Position numbers and translations under genes: made by a program. From IMG/VR virus record IMGVR_UViG_3300049645_000091: a DNA stretch of 64,000 nucleotides. One strand, 5' to 3'. Within the stretch, counting starts at the first letter, position 1. Every line of letters begins with the position of its first letter. The DNA comes from a virus. Shown here in pieces: positions 10,547 through 21,178 of the stretch. The notes beneath the pieces were generated by a model. That model did not search any database. It had not been told where the DNA came from and worked only from the letters and a program-made list of their open reading frames with translations.

Positions 10547-11263
10547 TTACTTTTCATCGATCATTGTTTTACATATACACTCTAAACGATCAATAGGTTT
10601 CTCATATTTTTCAAGTTTGTTAATAGTACTTGGGGAAACTCCAAAACATACCTTATCACATATTTTATGCCGTCCTATGATAGCACTTGCGGGTATTAAC
10701 CAGATGTGACGGGGAGTCAATACTTCCATTGATTCCATTGCCAACAACAAATAATAATCAGGTTTTTCACCAGATCTATTTTTTATACCAAACGACCAAC
10801 TTCCATTTTTGCCAGTAGTTGACAACTTCACATCAATTTTGAATCCATTTTGACATATTAGATCGTATCCTGGGGTGCCATATGGCGCTCTAACTGGATT
10901 TTTGAAGTATCGACAAGCAACTTCTTCTCCTATAATTATGCCTAAGTACACGTTTCTAGCATGTGTCGGGGAGGCTGGTTTATCTTTACCTGTTCTATAT
11001 CTCCATTCTTTTCGCCTTTTGTTACAACAATCTCTACACACTGTTCTATATCCATCTCTAGTACCACATTGAGTATCAAATTTTGATATAGGAAGTATAA
11101 AACCGCACGTTGAGCACGTTTTCTCTATCACATCTGCAACTTGACCTTTTTTGGCCCAATACCTACTTTTCTGAAGCTTTTTTTGGCATTCCCTACATTC
11201 GTTCCGGCCCTTATTAAAATCTTCATCGGGTTTACTTTCTTCACAAACTCTACAGGTTCTCAT
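10547..11263 (-). CDS. Zinc-finger + PD-(D/E)XK endonuclease (putative free-standing homing endonuclease)
   Basis: Two CxxC...CxxC repeats followed by GYDLIC..FKIDVK. Confidence 0.65.
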   Translation of the reverse strand: MRTCRVCEESKPDEDFNKGRNECRECQKKLQKSRYWAKKGQVADVIEKTCSTCGFILPISKFDTQCGTRDGYRTVCRDCCNKRRKEWRYRTGKDKPASPTHARNVYLGIIIGEEVACRYFKNPVRAPYGTPGYDLICQNGFKIDVKLSTTGKNGSWSFGIKNRSGEKPDYYLLLAMESMEVLTPRHIWLIPASAIIGRHKICDKVCFGVSPSTINKLEKYEKPIDRLECICKTMIDEK

Positions 11264-11358
11264 ACATAAACATATAACACTTCGAATTTATAAATCTTTC
11301 GGTTGGTAACCAATCTAAAAATAAAAGTTTGGAAAAATAGTATCAATATCCCAACTTT

Positions 11359-12222
11359 TTAACTAAATAGTTGTAAACCCATCAAACATGGCAACCAATC
11401 TGTGCTAATTTCACCACAGTTGCTCGATCCCCACAATTGAATAAACTTCTCAATGGAGAATACACCCGTCATATCATCGATAGACCGCCCATACTCCGCA
11501 TGCTTCCCATTCAGTACATCATCAGCCACAGGATCGCGTGACAGCCACCCTATATGCGCCATCCCGATCACATTACTATTAACATTGGCCTCCAACACGC
11601 CCGTACAACAATCCTTCGCACACTCATCCTGATAACCCCGTGTCCTAACCTCAGTATTCTTAACAAGATGCTCAGCATGCGTGTACATCTCGGTCATCAC
11701 AGCTCCAATCTTATAATTCTGGACGCACAACTTATCCGTCCACTTCGCATCATAACTCCCAGTCTGATAAGATATCGGCATATACTCGAACTCAGCCACC
11801 CTAGTATAATTTATATAGTCCATCGGGCAAGAGTTTGTAAAATTACATGATCCCTCAGTCCAATATCCCAAAACCGTGTACCCCTCAACAAGCACCTCGC
11901 CCGTCTCATTATCAACTATAGGCTCTACATACTCATCGGGCACCCAAACACTACCAACAGGCTCCCCACCTTTCATAAGTTGCCTTTCAACCTCCAACTC
12001 AGAATTCACCTTAAAATTGCCTGACCCAACGACCTTATCAACCAACTTCTGACCTTCAAATCCAAACTGGGTCGCAACGATCTTCTGAGTTTCAACATAC
12101 CCAACCCCATTCTCCGCTGTCTTCTCATACATATAGTTGGATGCAGTACTCATACTAACCAAACCAACCACAACCAACAACACCAACCACAAACTTTTCA
12201 TCATATTACACCTCACATCCAA
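11359..12222 (-). CDS. Secreted Cys-containing beta-rich protein, resembling the Methanothrix sheath protein (MspA-like)
   Basis: Signal peptide (MMKSLWLVLLVVVGLVSMSTA) and about 8 Cys in the mature part. The family resemblance is from memory, not from a search. Confidence 0.5.
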   Translation of the reverse strand: MDVRCNMMKSLWLVLLVVVGLVSMSTASNYMYEKTAENGVGYVETQKIVATQFGFEGQKLVDKVVGSGNFKVNSELEVERQLMKGGEPVGSVWVPDEYVEPIVDNETGEVLVEGYTVLGYWTEGSCNFTNSCPMDYINYTRVAEFEYMPISYQTGSYDAKWTDKLCVQNYKIGAVMTEMYTHAEHLVKNTEVRTRGYQDECAKDCCTGVLEANVNSNVIGMAHIGWLSRDPVADDVLNGKHAEYGRSIDDMTGVFSIEKFIQLWGSSNCGEISTDWLPCLMGLQLFS

Positions 12223-12434
12223 CTACCGTACTTTATAGTATTTAAACTTTCTTTTTAACAACTACTTTCTTTTCCTTTTTCGCTTTTTCAACAGCCACTA
12301 AGTCCTCAAGAGCTTGGAAATCTTTGTCGAGCGGAACTTTGACAGCCTCCGATAAGGCACCTATCTGCTTTCTCAGTGCCGCTATCTGGTCATCGATGCT
12401 GATCTGCCCGGTGACTATCTTGCCAATCGCCAGG

Positions 12435-12686
12435 TCATTCAGCCGTTTTTGCCAGCTTCAGTAGCTCATCTTTGTCCTTGAACCCGGCCCGTTTCCACAT
12501 GGGCATTGGGTTGTCTATCTCCATTAGTTTTGGTGATTTTTCAGTGCCCTGGTCAACGGTGATCTTGCTGTCATCAATTGCTGCAAGTTTTGCCAGATCT
12601 GCCTTGGCCCGTTTCTCATACTCTGGCATGGCCAACAGGTTCTCGTAATCCCGCTTGGTGAGCGGGCCTTTAGGGTATCCTCTCAT
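12435..12686 (-). CDS. Hypothetical protein
   Basis: ORF with a GAGGTGA RBS. Confidence 0.55.
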   Translation of the reverse strand: MRGYPKGPLTKRDYENLLAMPEYEKRAKADLAKLAAIDDSKITVDQGTEKSPKLMEIDNPMPMWKRAGFKDKDELLKLAKTAE

Positions 12687-12721
12687 CGTGTCACCTCATG
12701 AAATGTAGATTCAAATAACGA

Positions 12722-13816
12722 CTACTGTGGCTCCGCGACTGCGCGGCAACAGATACCCGAACTCACAGCCGACCGCCGATTATACGTATCACGCGCCCGC
12801 GAACCGCAACCCGCCCCATAATCCCAAGCACCGCCCGCAACAACCGCTGCCTGTGCCGGGTATGTTCCTTGACCGCAATGGGACCCTCTGGTTCCGCTGA
12901 TATTCTCGTAGCTGAACACAATTGCTGCGGCATAATCCGCTCCGGCTATGTAGCTCTGCTGATTCTGGAGCCAAATCCACCAGACTCCGGACATGTCCTC
13001 CAAGCCAATGTTTGAGACGATCCTTCTGGATGCAGTATCCACATGTCCGCCAACGGTCGTCGGATTCGCGCTCCCGTAGATATTCGTCTCTTCTGGCGTG
13101 CCACTGTGGAGCTGCGCAAACTCCCAGTCTGTCATCATCCTGGCACCTATATTTTTCAGGTCGTCTGCGAAATCGTAGAAATTCCGAGAGACAGTCGCGG
13201 CAGCTCCGAATACTGATGCGATAGATGCTCTTGTGCCGGAGAGGGGGTATATCGAGGCCCACAGAGGCGCATAATTCAGGCTGTCGAAATCGGTCGGCCC
13301 TCCCCAGGCAAAACCAGGAAGGAAGCGTCCATATGGCCGGTGCTTGAGATCTTGGATAGACCGAGGGATGATATCTCCTGCCAGGTAGCCTGTGAGGGGA
13401 TGGCCGGAGATCGTGCCAACATTCGCGCATTCGCAGTGGAAACACCCTATCTTGCGGCTATTGTCTGCGGTGTAGCCAGCCGGGTAGGTGGTGGCGGCAC
13501 TAAGGATGATTACAGGCACATATCCACTAACGGGAACACATGCATAGATATAGAAGTCCTTGCCAGCGCGATTGGCCGCGACTGCATAATTAGTCGGTGT
13601 AGTCGTATCCCAATTCGAATCAATGTTCAAATCAAGTTCTACAGCGGCCTCTAACTCATAAGCATGGGCACCCGCACCACCAATGTTCACGAGCATGTGG
13701 CTGGGGCTGACCAGAGTTCTGCGGTTGGCTGCCGTGTCGCTGCCTTTGTTTTTCCACATTCGGTTACGGCTGTAGTAGCAGTCCTGCCGGGCGGGAAGGC
13801 GGTTTAAGAATCCCAT
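12722..13816 (-). CDS. Mtd/FGE-sulfatase (C-type lectin fold) receptor-binding protein
   Basis: GLEDMSGVWWIW...AGGAW..G..CGSRAR...GICCRAV C-terminus typical of the CLec/FGE fold. Confidence 0.7.
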   Translation of the reverse strand: MGFLNRLPARQDCYYSRNRMWKNKGSDTAANRRTLVSPSHMLVNIGGAGAHAYELEAAVELDLNIDSNWDTTTPTNYAVAANRAGKDFYIYACVPVSGYVPVIILSAATTYPAGYTADNSRKIGCFHCECANVGTISGHPLTGYLAGDIIPRSIQDLKHRPYGRFLPGFAWGGPTDFDSLNYAPLWASIYPLSGTRASIASVFGAAATVSRNFYDFADDLKNIGARMMTDWEFAQLHSGTPEETNIYGSANPTTVGGHVDTASRRIVSNIGLEDMSGVWWIWLQNQQSYIAGADYAAAIVFSYENISGTRGSHCGQGTYPAQAAVVAGGAWDYGAGCGSRARDTYNRRSAVSSGICCRAVAEPQ

Positions 13817-13818
13817 GT

Positions 13819-13998
13819 TCAGCTCTCCAGGATAGCTAAGATAGCCGCAAGATCGGCTTTCATGTGGGCTATGTCTGCCTGCATAGTACCAAGATCAGTT
13901 CCAATATCGACCGCTAATTTATGATCAGTTAAATTTATATAATCTTCTTTAGTTGTACTTGTATCTCTAGCCATTATTTGTACTTTATGTAGTGCCAT
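13819..13998 (-). CDS. Small hypothetical protein (59 aa)
   Basis: MALHKVQIMARD...LAILES*, GGAGG RBS; below the ORF-track size cut-off. Confidence 0.45.
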   Translation of the reverse strand: MALHKVQIMARDTSTTKEDYINLTDHKLAVDIGTDLGTMQADIAHMKADLAAILAILES

Positions 13999-14041
13999 AT
14001 TTTTAACCTCCTACCTCCGATATGGCGATCAAAAAAAATCT

Positions 14042-14389
14042 CTACCTAAGTTTCATGCCGCCCATCAAAATACCCTTTTTGAGCAACTTCTTAATCTCAA
14101 AAGTCAGCGGCAGCACATAACTCTCATTAATATTTAAAATCTTACCATCATCCAACATAATTTGCCCAAATTTCTTAACTTTCCCACTTTTAAACTGCTC
14201 ACGCTGCATATCTTTCAGCGCCCGACTAAACTTAGGCAACACCACAACAACCTTCGTTCCCACCCTCAATTTGCCCCTCATTATGGGATCACTATCAAGA
14301 ACAGCAGGATTCATATCAACCAGATACTCATCCACATCTTCAACACTAACTTTCTTCTTTCTTCGTGCCATATAATCGCCTAAAAACAA
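14042..14389 (-). CDS. Hypothetical protein
   Basis: ORF in the structural operon. Confidence 0.5.
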   Translation of the reverse strand: MFLGDYMARRKKKVSVEDVDEYLVDMNPAVLDSDPIMRGKLRVGTKVVVVLPKFSRALKDMQREQFKSGKVKKFGQIMLDDGKILNINESYVLPLTFEIKKLLKKGILMGGMKLR

Positions 14390-14407
14390 AAAATAAAAAC
14401 GGGCTAC

Positions 14408-14968
14408 TCAAGCATGAGCTGCCCAAGTCCCGTTAGTCAACGCCCTATAAGCCCCATTAGAAGCCACAATCACAGCAGTACTCCACTGTTCAGTAGACAC
14501 CAAATAAGTATTGGCATTAATGGTATCTCCACCAGTGGCATTAATCCTCGCGTAATTTGCATTAGGATCACCACTCACCGAAATAAAGTACATCCGGCCC
14601 GGTACAGTCTCAGCATCCGGCAGTGTCAGCGTAACATTTGCAGCAGTCGCATTAATATCATACACCGTCTTAGTGCTGGAAGAAGTTAGCACTGTATCAA
14701 CAGTAGTACTAGCGTTTACACCCACAGCCATAGTGGACATCTTCATAGCCCCACTTACATCCAAAGTCCCAGACGCATTAACAAATCCAATGGACGCATC
14801 TTTATCATCTCCAAAATATATCTTAGCGTCATCCCCAAACCACGGCGCGCCCGTATCCAACATTTGCCTGCCCTGTAATATCTTCTCGGTATCCCACCAA
14901 TATCCGCTACCAATGGATACCATTATCATAAGCATGCACAAACCAACAATAAACTTTCTCATATACAC
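14408..14968 (-). CDS. Putative head fibre/decoration protein with signal-like N-terminus
   Basis: Hydrophobic N-terminus; VTLTLPDA...G motif seen in virion fibre domains. Confidence 0.45.
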   Translation of the reverse strand: MYMRKFIVGLCMLMIMVSIGSGYWWDTEKILQGRQMLDTGAPWFGDDAKIYFGDDKDASIGFVNASGTLDVSGAMKMSTMAVGVNASTTVDTVLTSSSTKTVYDINATAANVTLTLPDAETVPGRMYFISVSGDPNANYARINATGGDTINANTYLVSTEQWSTAVIVASNGAYRALTNGTWAAHA

Positions 14969-15099
14969 CCCTCATAAAATCAATTTAAAGGTCTATAATA
15001 GGCCCATAGAGACACTTTAACCAAAAAACAGTACATATACACACAAAAAATTAAAATGTCTCTAAATGCCCTACACAAATTCCACGTAACACTAATTTA

Positions 15100-16059
15100 T
15101 CAAGTTGTAACATTACCAATCTCGTAAATAAGAGGCGTAGTAAATGTGGTATCATCATAGAGAGGCTTAGCCAAGCATCCAAACGAATGGCGCAGGGTCG
15201 TCTTATACCCCACATCGTGAATCCTGGTAGTCTCGCTCATCTTAATACCATTACCATAATACTGCCCGCACTCAAGAGTATCTCCACCCTCCACAAACAC
15301 CACTGCATTAGTGCCCAGGGCATCCGAGCTGGTATCATTCTTTACATCAACAACTTCCGCCCCATCAGACCCAAACTTAGCAGGCGAATACGGATAAAAG
15401 TTAATCTTCCAGGTCTTCTTAAGATACTCCTTAACGGTCATCTGCACGTTCCCAATCAGGCCCAGCGCATCCAGACCCATCATAGCCTTGGCCGGATAAA
15501 TAACCCCAAAACTGGCCGTCTCAGGGTTCAACCCACCGGAATACTGCACAATACCCTGAATGGCCTGTATAATATCCTCTTCAACCTGGGCCGCCGAGTC
15601 CGTCCACACAACATCCGCATTATGGGTACAACTGGTATTATTCTTTGCCCTCAGCTCCTCAATAATCCTATAATCCCTCAGAGCTGCAAAATAATTGGCA
15701 GAGTTCTTAATACCAGTTCTCAACATATTGTTAACGGCGATTGCGTCAGTCGCACTATCAGTAATCGTAAACGCAAACTTATCCCAGGTCAACTCCTTGC
15801 TAGTCTCTTTCATTTCCCATCTGGAATCCTCAACCGGGGCATCCAGCGCAACATTCATGCGACCAGCTACACCAGCCTGCCACCTCAGCTCAATCTTGGG
15901 AATACTAAGAGTCCTGGTTGGGAACACCCCACCCAAAAATCCCATCTTCTGTACGCCCATCTCATAAACAGTCCGGTTCTTCTCAAAATATCCTCTAAGA
16001 AAAGTACCCAGATTTCCAATATTTATCGAACCCATTTTATCAGCATTAGCACTAACCAT
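15100..16059 (-). CDS. Major capsid protein (HK97 fold)
   Basis: 319 aa, downstream of the protease/scaffold and decoration genes, strong GGAGG RBS. Confidence 0.75.
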   Translation of the reverse strand: MVSANADKMGSINIGNLGTFLRGYFEKNRTVYEMGVQKMGFLGGVFPTRTLSIPKIELRWQAGVAGRMNVALDAPVEDSRWEMKETSKELTWDKFAFTITDSATDAIAVNNMLRTGIKNSANYFAALRDYRIIEELRAKNNTSCTHNADVVWTDSAAQVEEDIIQAIQGIVQYSGGLNPETASFGVIYPAKAMMGLDALGLIGNVQMTVKEYLKKTWKINFYPYSPAKFGSDGAEVVDVKNDTSSDALGTNAVVFVEGGDTLECGQYYGNGIKMSETTRIHDVGYKTTLRHSFGCLAKPLYDDTTFTTPLIYEIGNVTT

Positions 16060-16088
16060 AATTAATTACCTCCAAAAAATAAAAATAT

Positions 16089-16532
16089 CTAAGCAGTTGC
16101 ACCAGGCGCTCTATCCAGCCTAACCGCAACCAAATCGCCCTCAGCAGTAGTCACCAAATCATCCATGCCCTCATACGTTCCAATGCAAACAGTTGCAGTA
16201 GAGGACGCCGCCGTACTAACAGCCCCATTTACAGAAGCCAGATACACCGCTGCTCCAACCGCATAAGTTTCACTGTTAGCAGAATAGCAATGGACGAGCA
16301 TATTACTACCCAACATCGCAAAAGGATGACCTTCTCCTGCTGCCATAGTCTTAGCATCACCATTTGCCTTATAAGAAGAGCAAATAGCAACAGCATAAGC
16401 CGTAGCACTTACATCAGTTGCAACTGTCATCCTGCCATCATTATTATATGTGTAAACTTTACCCTCATAAATAACCTCAGCCGCGCAATCCTTGCTAGCT
16501 GGAAGCACACCATTATCCAATATAACTGCCAT
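16089..16532 (-). CDS. Capsid cement/decoration protein
   Basis: Ala/Thr-rich 147 aa, VGAAVYL..G motif, between scaffold and MCP. Confidence 0.6.
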   Translation of the reverse strand: MAVILDNGVLPASKDCAAEVIYEGKVYTYNNDGRMTVATDVSATAYAVAICSSYKANGDAKTMAAGEGHPFAMLGSNMLVHCYSANSETYAVGAAVYLASVNGAVSTAASSTATVCIGTYEGMDDLVTTAEGDLVAVRLDRAPGATA

Positions 16533-16549
16533 AAAAAATCACTCCTTAC

Positions 16550-17614
16550 CTAAATCTCTACACCAAACATACCGGCAATTTCTTTCTCAGTCGGAAATCC
16601 CATCGCGGACCATTCCTGACTCTCCACATCCGGCTCCGGCACAAACTCCTTAGCCGACTCCTTAGCAGCCTGCGGTACCTTGCTCACAAGCAACTCCGCA
16701 TACCTATTACCATGCTCAATTATCAGCTTGGCCGGATCTTCCATATAAACTCCCAGCAGCTCACTCTCCGCAGCTACCCTATTCTCAGCTGGGAACTTAC
16801 TCAGAAACTCCTGCTTCTTAGCCTCAACAGCAGCGGCCTCAACCTTAGCCTTAAGCCCATCTCTTTCCGCCGTAACCTCAGCCAACTTAGCAACCAGCTC
16901 ATCTCTCTCAGCAGCAATCTTGGCCTTCTCAGCCTCCACTGCCACTACCTTCTCACCAAGCTCTTTCTTGATTCTCTCACTCTCAGCAGCAGCCACCTTA
17001 GCAGTCGCGCTCTCAGTCCTCAGACTGACCAATTCTTCCATATCAATAGCCATTTCTTTATCCATAATTTTCACTTCCTTAACTTCATCATGTTCAACAT
17101 TAATTCCGCATGTCCCAACAGGACACGCTGGATACTCAACAATAGCCAAATTATTCGGTACCAAATTATAATATTTACGACTATATTCAATACCGTCTAA
17201 TTCGCCACTCTCGTCAACAGTCTCATGAAAATAAGCCCCGCTGACCCCGAGCTTACCACCGCCTCTAACAAACTCCATCAGCTCAGGAGGCGACCCAAGC
17301 TCATCACTAAACCAAGCCTCCGCCCGTATCTTCCCCCCCTCCTCATCCCAAACGGGATTCTTCACCTGCCCCACGATCTGCTTGCGACACGTAACAATCT
17401 TCTCAGGAGGATGATCATCCACTCCCCTCACTTTCTCCTGTATAATAGGAACATTCCAAAACGGAACACTCTTCTTAACCGCCTCGCGATCCCTCAGCGC
17501 CCCATTAGCAACACCCGCCGCAATAACAGTAATGGGCACCTTAACAACCCCACCACCACTCCCCCCACCTCCCAAAAACTCAACAACATCCATCGAATCA
17601 ACAGCAATTTCCAA
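16550..17614 (-). CDS. Prohead protease/scaffold (DUF2213-like)
   Basis: DHPP...GVSGAY...NNLAIVEYPACP..CG followed by a long coiled coil. Confidence 0.75.
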   Translation of the reverse strand: MEIAVDSMDVVEFLGGGGSGGGVVKVPITVIAAGVANGALRDREAVKKSVPFWNVPIIQEKVRGVDDHPPEKIVTCRKQIVGQVKNPVWDEEGGKIRAEAWFSDELGSPPELMEFVRGGGKLGVSGAYFHETVDESGELDGIEYSRKYYNLVPNNLAIVEYPACPVGTCGINVEHDEVKEVKIMDKEMAIDMEELVSLRTESATAKVAAAESERIKKELGEKVVAVEAEKAKIAAERDELVAKLAEVTAERDGLKAKVEAAAVEAKKQEFLSKFPAENRVAAESELLGVYMEDPAKLIIEHGNRYAELLVSKVPQAAKESAKEFVPEPDVESQEWSAMGFPTEKEIAGMFGVEI

Positions 17615-17826
17615 ACAGATCGACCTCCGTAAATCGCTGCGGCGATTTACTCACCGCAATATGCTCTACAAGGCCCATAATAGCCCCATAGAGCCACTTT
17701 AATCATAAACTACACCACTAACCAATCACCAATACTAACTACCCACAAACAGCCCCACAACTAATCCTAGAGCAATCCCTCACCCAACCATCACCCTTAA
17801 ATAACATACTCATCTAATAAGCAAGT

Positions 17827-18069
17827 ATGACAACTAGATCAATAGTCGAAAAAATAAAAAACGATGAACTGCTAGATAGGCCAGATGAAGAGTTTATAAA
17901 ATCGCGCATAGTATCCTGGGCTGTTAACCAGTTACTCGCGTGCCCCAGCAACCCTACCAGACAAGCCCACCTAGAATACATCCTATATTTAACTGCAATA
18001 TCCAAACTAAAGTACGCTATTGTATATATTGAAAAAGATGAGCCAAATATGTCACAGTTCAACTATTAA
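17827..18069 (+). CDS. Hypothetical protein
   Basis: ATG ORF preceded by a TTAAATA box. Confidence 0.4.
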   Translation: MTTRSIVEKIKNDELLDRPDEEFIKSRIVSWAVNQLLACPSNPTRQAHLEYILYLTAISKLKYAIVYIEKDEPNMSQFNY

Positions 18070-18302
18070 CATAATCCCCTCTCTTCCCTCTCTTTTTTCA
18101 TTCGCTCCCTCAACTCTAACCTCTCCCTCTCACGCTCTTCTAAAAAATTTACAAAGTTTGCCCCCTCCCAGAGCCCTTCGGCCCGAAAGCCAGCAACAGG
18201 ATTGCCCAAAATCCTAACCCCACTTACCAAGTCCTCCACCCCCGATCTTTCGACCTCACAAGGCACTCACCAAACCTCTCAAAATATTGTTTTTCTTTGT
18301 GC

Positions 18303-19578
18303 GTGAATACTCCCGCCAATGAATTGGCGGGCATCTAGGCTGATGCCAAAGACTGTATTCCCAGTCTTGCAATGTTCAGAGCAGCATTAAGATCCCTGTC
18401 TATCGATAGCCCGCAATAGGGGCAATCATGGACCCTGATAGACAGATTCTTTTTGACTATTTGACCACAGCTTGAGCACATCTGAGATGTATTAGCTGGA
18501 TTAACCAATACCACTTTCCTACCAGCATCTTCCGCTTTGTATGAAGTGTACTGTATTAGTTTATTCCAGCTTGCATCCAAGATGCTCTTAGCTAGGTTAT
18601 GATTATGAACCATATTGGCTATATTCAGATCTTCAAATACTATCACGCCGTATTGATTAATCCACTGCCGGCTTAGTTGTTGGGCAAAATCTTCTCTTCG
18701 GTTGGATACTCTCTCGTATAGATGGCTCACCGCTTTGCTTGCCTTCCTTCTCCGAGGCGATCCTTTGGGCAACTTATCGCGTTTGCTTTGAGCCTTCTTA
18801 AGTCGTTCTTCATCGGCTAGAAGAAATCTAGGATTCTCGATGAACTCACCATTGGAAAGCACTGCGAAATTCTTGATACCCATATCTACGCCCACTATTT
18901 CGTTAGAGGGTTCAAGAATGTGATTTGGTGCATCTTCAATTAGGAATGACACATACCATTTCTTTGTTGGAGATCTTCGGATAGTTAGTCTCTTAACATC
19001 ACCCTCGATAGGTCGATGCAACTTGAATTTGATATCTCCTATCTTGGATAACCAGAGTTTATCACCGTCTATGGAAAAACCACTTTGAGGATAACTGATG
19101 CTATCGTATCTGTTCTTTCCCTTAAAACGAGGATAGCCAGGCTTTTCGCCTGATTGAACTCTTCTGAAGAATGCACTGAATGCAAGATTGACCCTGAGAA
19201 CAACATCCTGCAATACCTGAGAATGGACTGATCTTAGTTCAGGTTTGGACTCTTTCCAAATTGGAAGCATTCTCTTGGATTCAAAGTAGCTTATTGATTT
19301 GCCTTCTTGTTCAAAGGAGTTCTTTCGCAGGGCAAGAGTCTCGTTATAGACCCATCGGCAAAGCTCTAGCTGCTCATTCAGCTTGGTTACCTGAGCCTTG
19401 GTTGGCTTGAGTCTATATCGAAACACTCTCATTGGCTTACTTCACCTTTTACACTCACCCATTGTTCTTGTTTGGTCATCTTAAGATATACGTATGGTCA
19501 CCATTAGTTAATATACTTTTTGGTAGGTACGGGCTGTATCCCTCCATTGAAATGGAGGGGATTAGCCCTGATTTCGGC
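18303..19578 (-). mobile_element. IS200/IS605-family (tnpB-only) insertion
   Basis: Left-end hairpin CCCTCCATTTCAATGGAGGG after TTAG; right-end hairpin ending TATTCAC; ends homologous to 44758-45991. Confidence 0.85.
18335..19432 (-). CDS. tnpB: TnpB RNA-guided endonuclease
   Basis: N-terminal YRLKPT, RuvC GVDMG / FEDL / DRDLNAA, CxxC..CxxC. Confidence 0.95.
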   Translation of the reverse strand: MRVFRYRLKPTKAQVTKLNEQLELCRWVYNETLALRKNSFEQEGKSISYFESKRMLPIWKESKPELRSVHSQVLQDVVLRVNLAFSAFFRRVQSGEKPGYPRFKGKNRYDSISYPQSGFSIDGDKLWLSKIGDIKFKLHRPIEGDVKRLTIRRSPTKKWYVSFLIEDAPNHILEPSNEIVGVDMGIKNFAVLSNGEFIENPRFLLADEERLKKAQSKRDKLPKGSPRRRKASKAVSHLYERVSNRREDFAQQLSRQWINQYGVIVFEDLNIANMVHNHNLAKSILDASWNKLIQYTSYKAEDAGRKVVLVNPANTSQMCSSCGQIVKKNLSIRVHDCPYCGLSIDRDLNAALNIARLGIQSLASA

Positions 19579-20516
19579 CTAAAATCCCGATTGGAGTGCT
19601 TACGCACTTCTACACTATCATGCCGATACCAAAACGGGTTAAATTATCAAATCCTGGAAATCTCCTATCCACATTATACACCCTATAAGTCCGCGACATC
19701 ACGAAAACACCACTCATCTTCTACAATCGTCTACAAAACCACACAAGAACGTCAAAAAACGATGGTGATTTTCAAAAATATCGACAATTTGGGCCAAAAA
19801 CCCAAAAGTTTTTCAAAAATTAAAAAATAAAAAAATATATAAAAATGAAAACGCGAATCATTCTAACAACTTGCTTACCACATCTTTCATACTATCCACA
19901 AATTGTAAATATAAAAATAAAAAAATCATTTCTTTATATATATCACACTCGCAACCAAAAACTTTTTTCATTATAACGTATGTTTAAATTATATTAATCT
20001 TTTATTTTCAAACATTGTCAAAGAAAAAAAGTTTTAATAAAACTTTTAAGTTTTTTAGAAATACTACATATGGAAAGAATAAAAAACAAAACTTTACAAA
20101 ATGATTACTAACTTCAAAGATGCGCACTCATTTATTAACAAAAGTTTCATGAGAACAAATATATATAGGACTCTGTATGAATATTAGTTAAGCCTTCCAC
20201 CTATATAAACCTTTCGCCACCACTATCAGCCGCCACAAAATATCAAAATACCTAAACATATAGCAATCTTTACAGATAATCACAACCCTTAAATAAAATA
20301 CCATCCTACTAGTTGTTGGTGAACAAAATGAGTTATAAAAACGGAGATAAAATATGCTTGGGTTCGGAACCACCCCTCATAATAACCGACATCGTATCAA
20401 TCAATGTTGAGATCAAGTCATTCGATGGCAACATACGCTTTATTACAACCAGAGTAATTGCACATCCTGAAAAATAAAAAATTGTAAATCGCTGGTAAAT
20501 CGCTGTTGCGATTTAC

Positions 20517-21107
20517 TTATTTCTCCACCCAATATTTCCCCTCTTTCCCACAAATATCACTACCAATCCACAATCGTTTCCAGTTATGGATCAATACCAA
20601 CAAAACCCACCAGTATTTATCCATATGATACATCCTACATAACTTCTGCATCTCTATTATCCCCCGTTCTTCATCACATCTCAATACCGGCCCAACCAAC
20701 TTTTTCCCACCAAAAATCAAATCATCTTCTTCAAATTGCAACCTTCTACACATCGAACATGGCCCAATATCCCTATCCCACTCCTTAACATAATGCTTAC
20801 ACTCAACACACGCCCGCTCCACATTCCTTATTTTCTTCTCCATCGTAACACGATATACATTCCCACTCAACTTCTCGATTCTCATTCGCCCATCATTCTC
20901 ATAAGTATTCAACTTGTACCCGGCCACAAAATGATCCATCACTTCGCGCCACTTACCCGGATGACAATGCCGTACCCAATTTTCCACTACCCCAAACTTC
21001 TCCGACTCAACATCAACAATCATCACATCCGAGCCACAAAAACTATACGATAATGGAAACATCCCAGCATCTTCAATTACCACACTATAACTATCCCATT
21101 TTTCCAT
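20517..21107 (-). CDS. Hypothetical Cys-containing protein
   Basis: 196-aa ORF. Confidence 0.5.
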   Translation of the reverse strand: MEKWDSYSVVIEDAGMFPLSYSFCGSDVMIVDVESEKFGVVENWVRHCHPGKWREVMDHFVAGYKLNTYENDGRMRIEKLSGNVYRVTMEKKIRNVERACVECKHYVKEWDRDIGPCSMCRRLQFEEDDLIFGGKKLVGPVLRCDEERGIIEMQKLCRMYHMDKYWWVLLVLIHNWKRLWIGSDICGKEGKYWVEK

Positions 21108-21178
21108 ACAATTTCACCACTCCCCCACTATACACCCCCACCCTTAAATACCTTGCGAGTGTAAATCGTTGCAACGAT

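Noticed and set aside
12789..13445. 218-aa alternative-frame ORF
   Set aside because: Out-of-frame overlap within the GC-rich Mtd-like gene; no motifs.
12722..13816. Complete DGR
   Set aside because: No reverse transcriptase, avd or template repeat seen in the window.
15187..16065. 292-aa plus-strand ORF
   Set aside because: Antisense shadow of the major capsid gene with implausible composition.
19432..19830. 132-aa ORF as tnpA
   Set aside because: No HUH or Y1 motif; it runs across the IS left end into AT-rich DNA.
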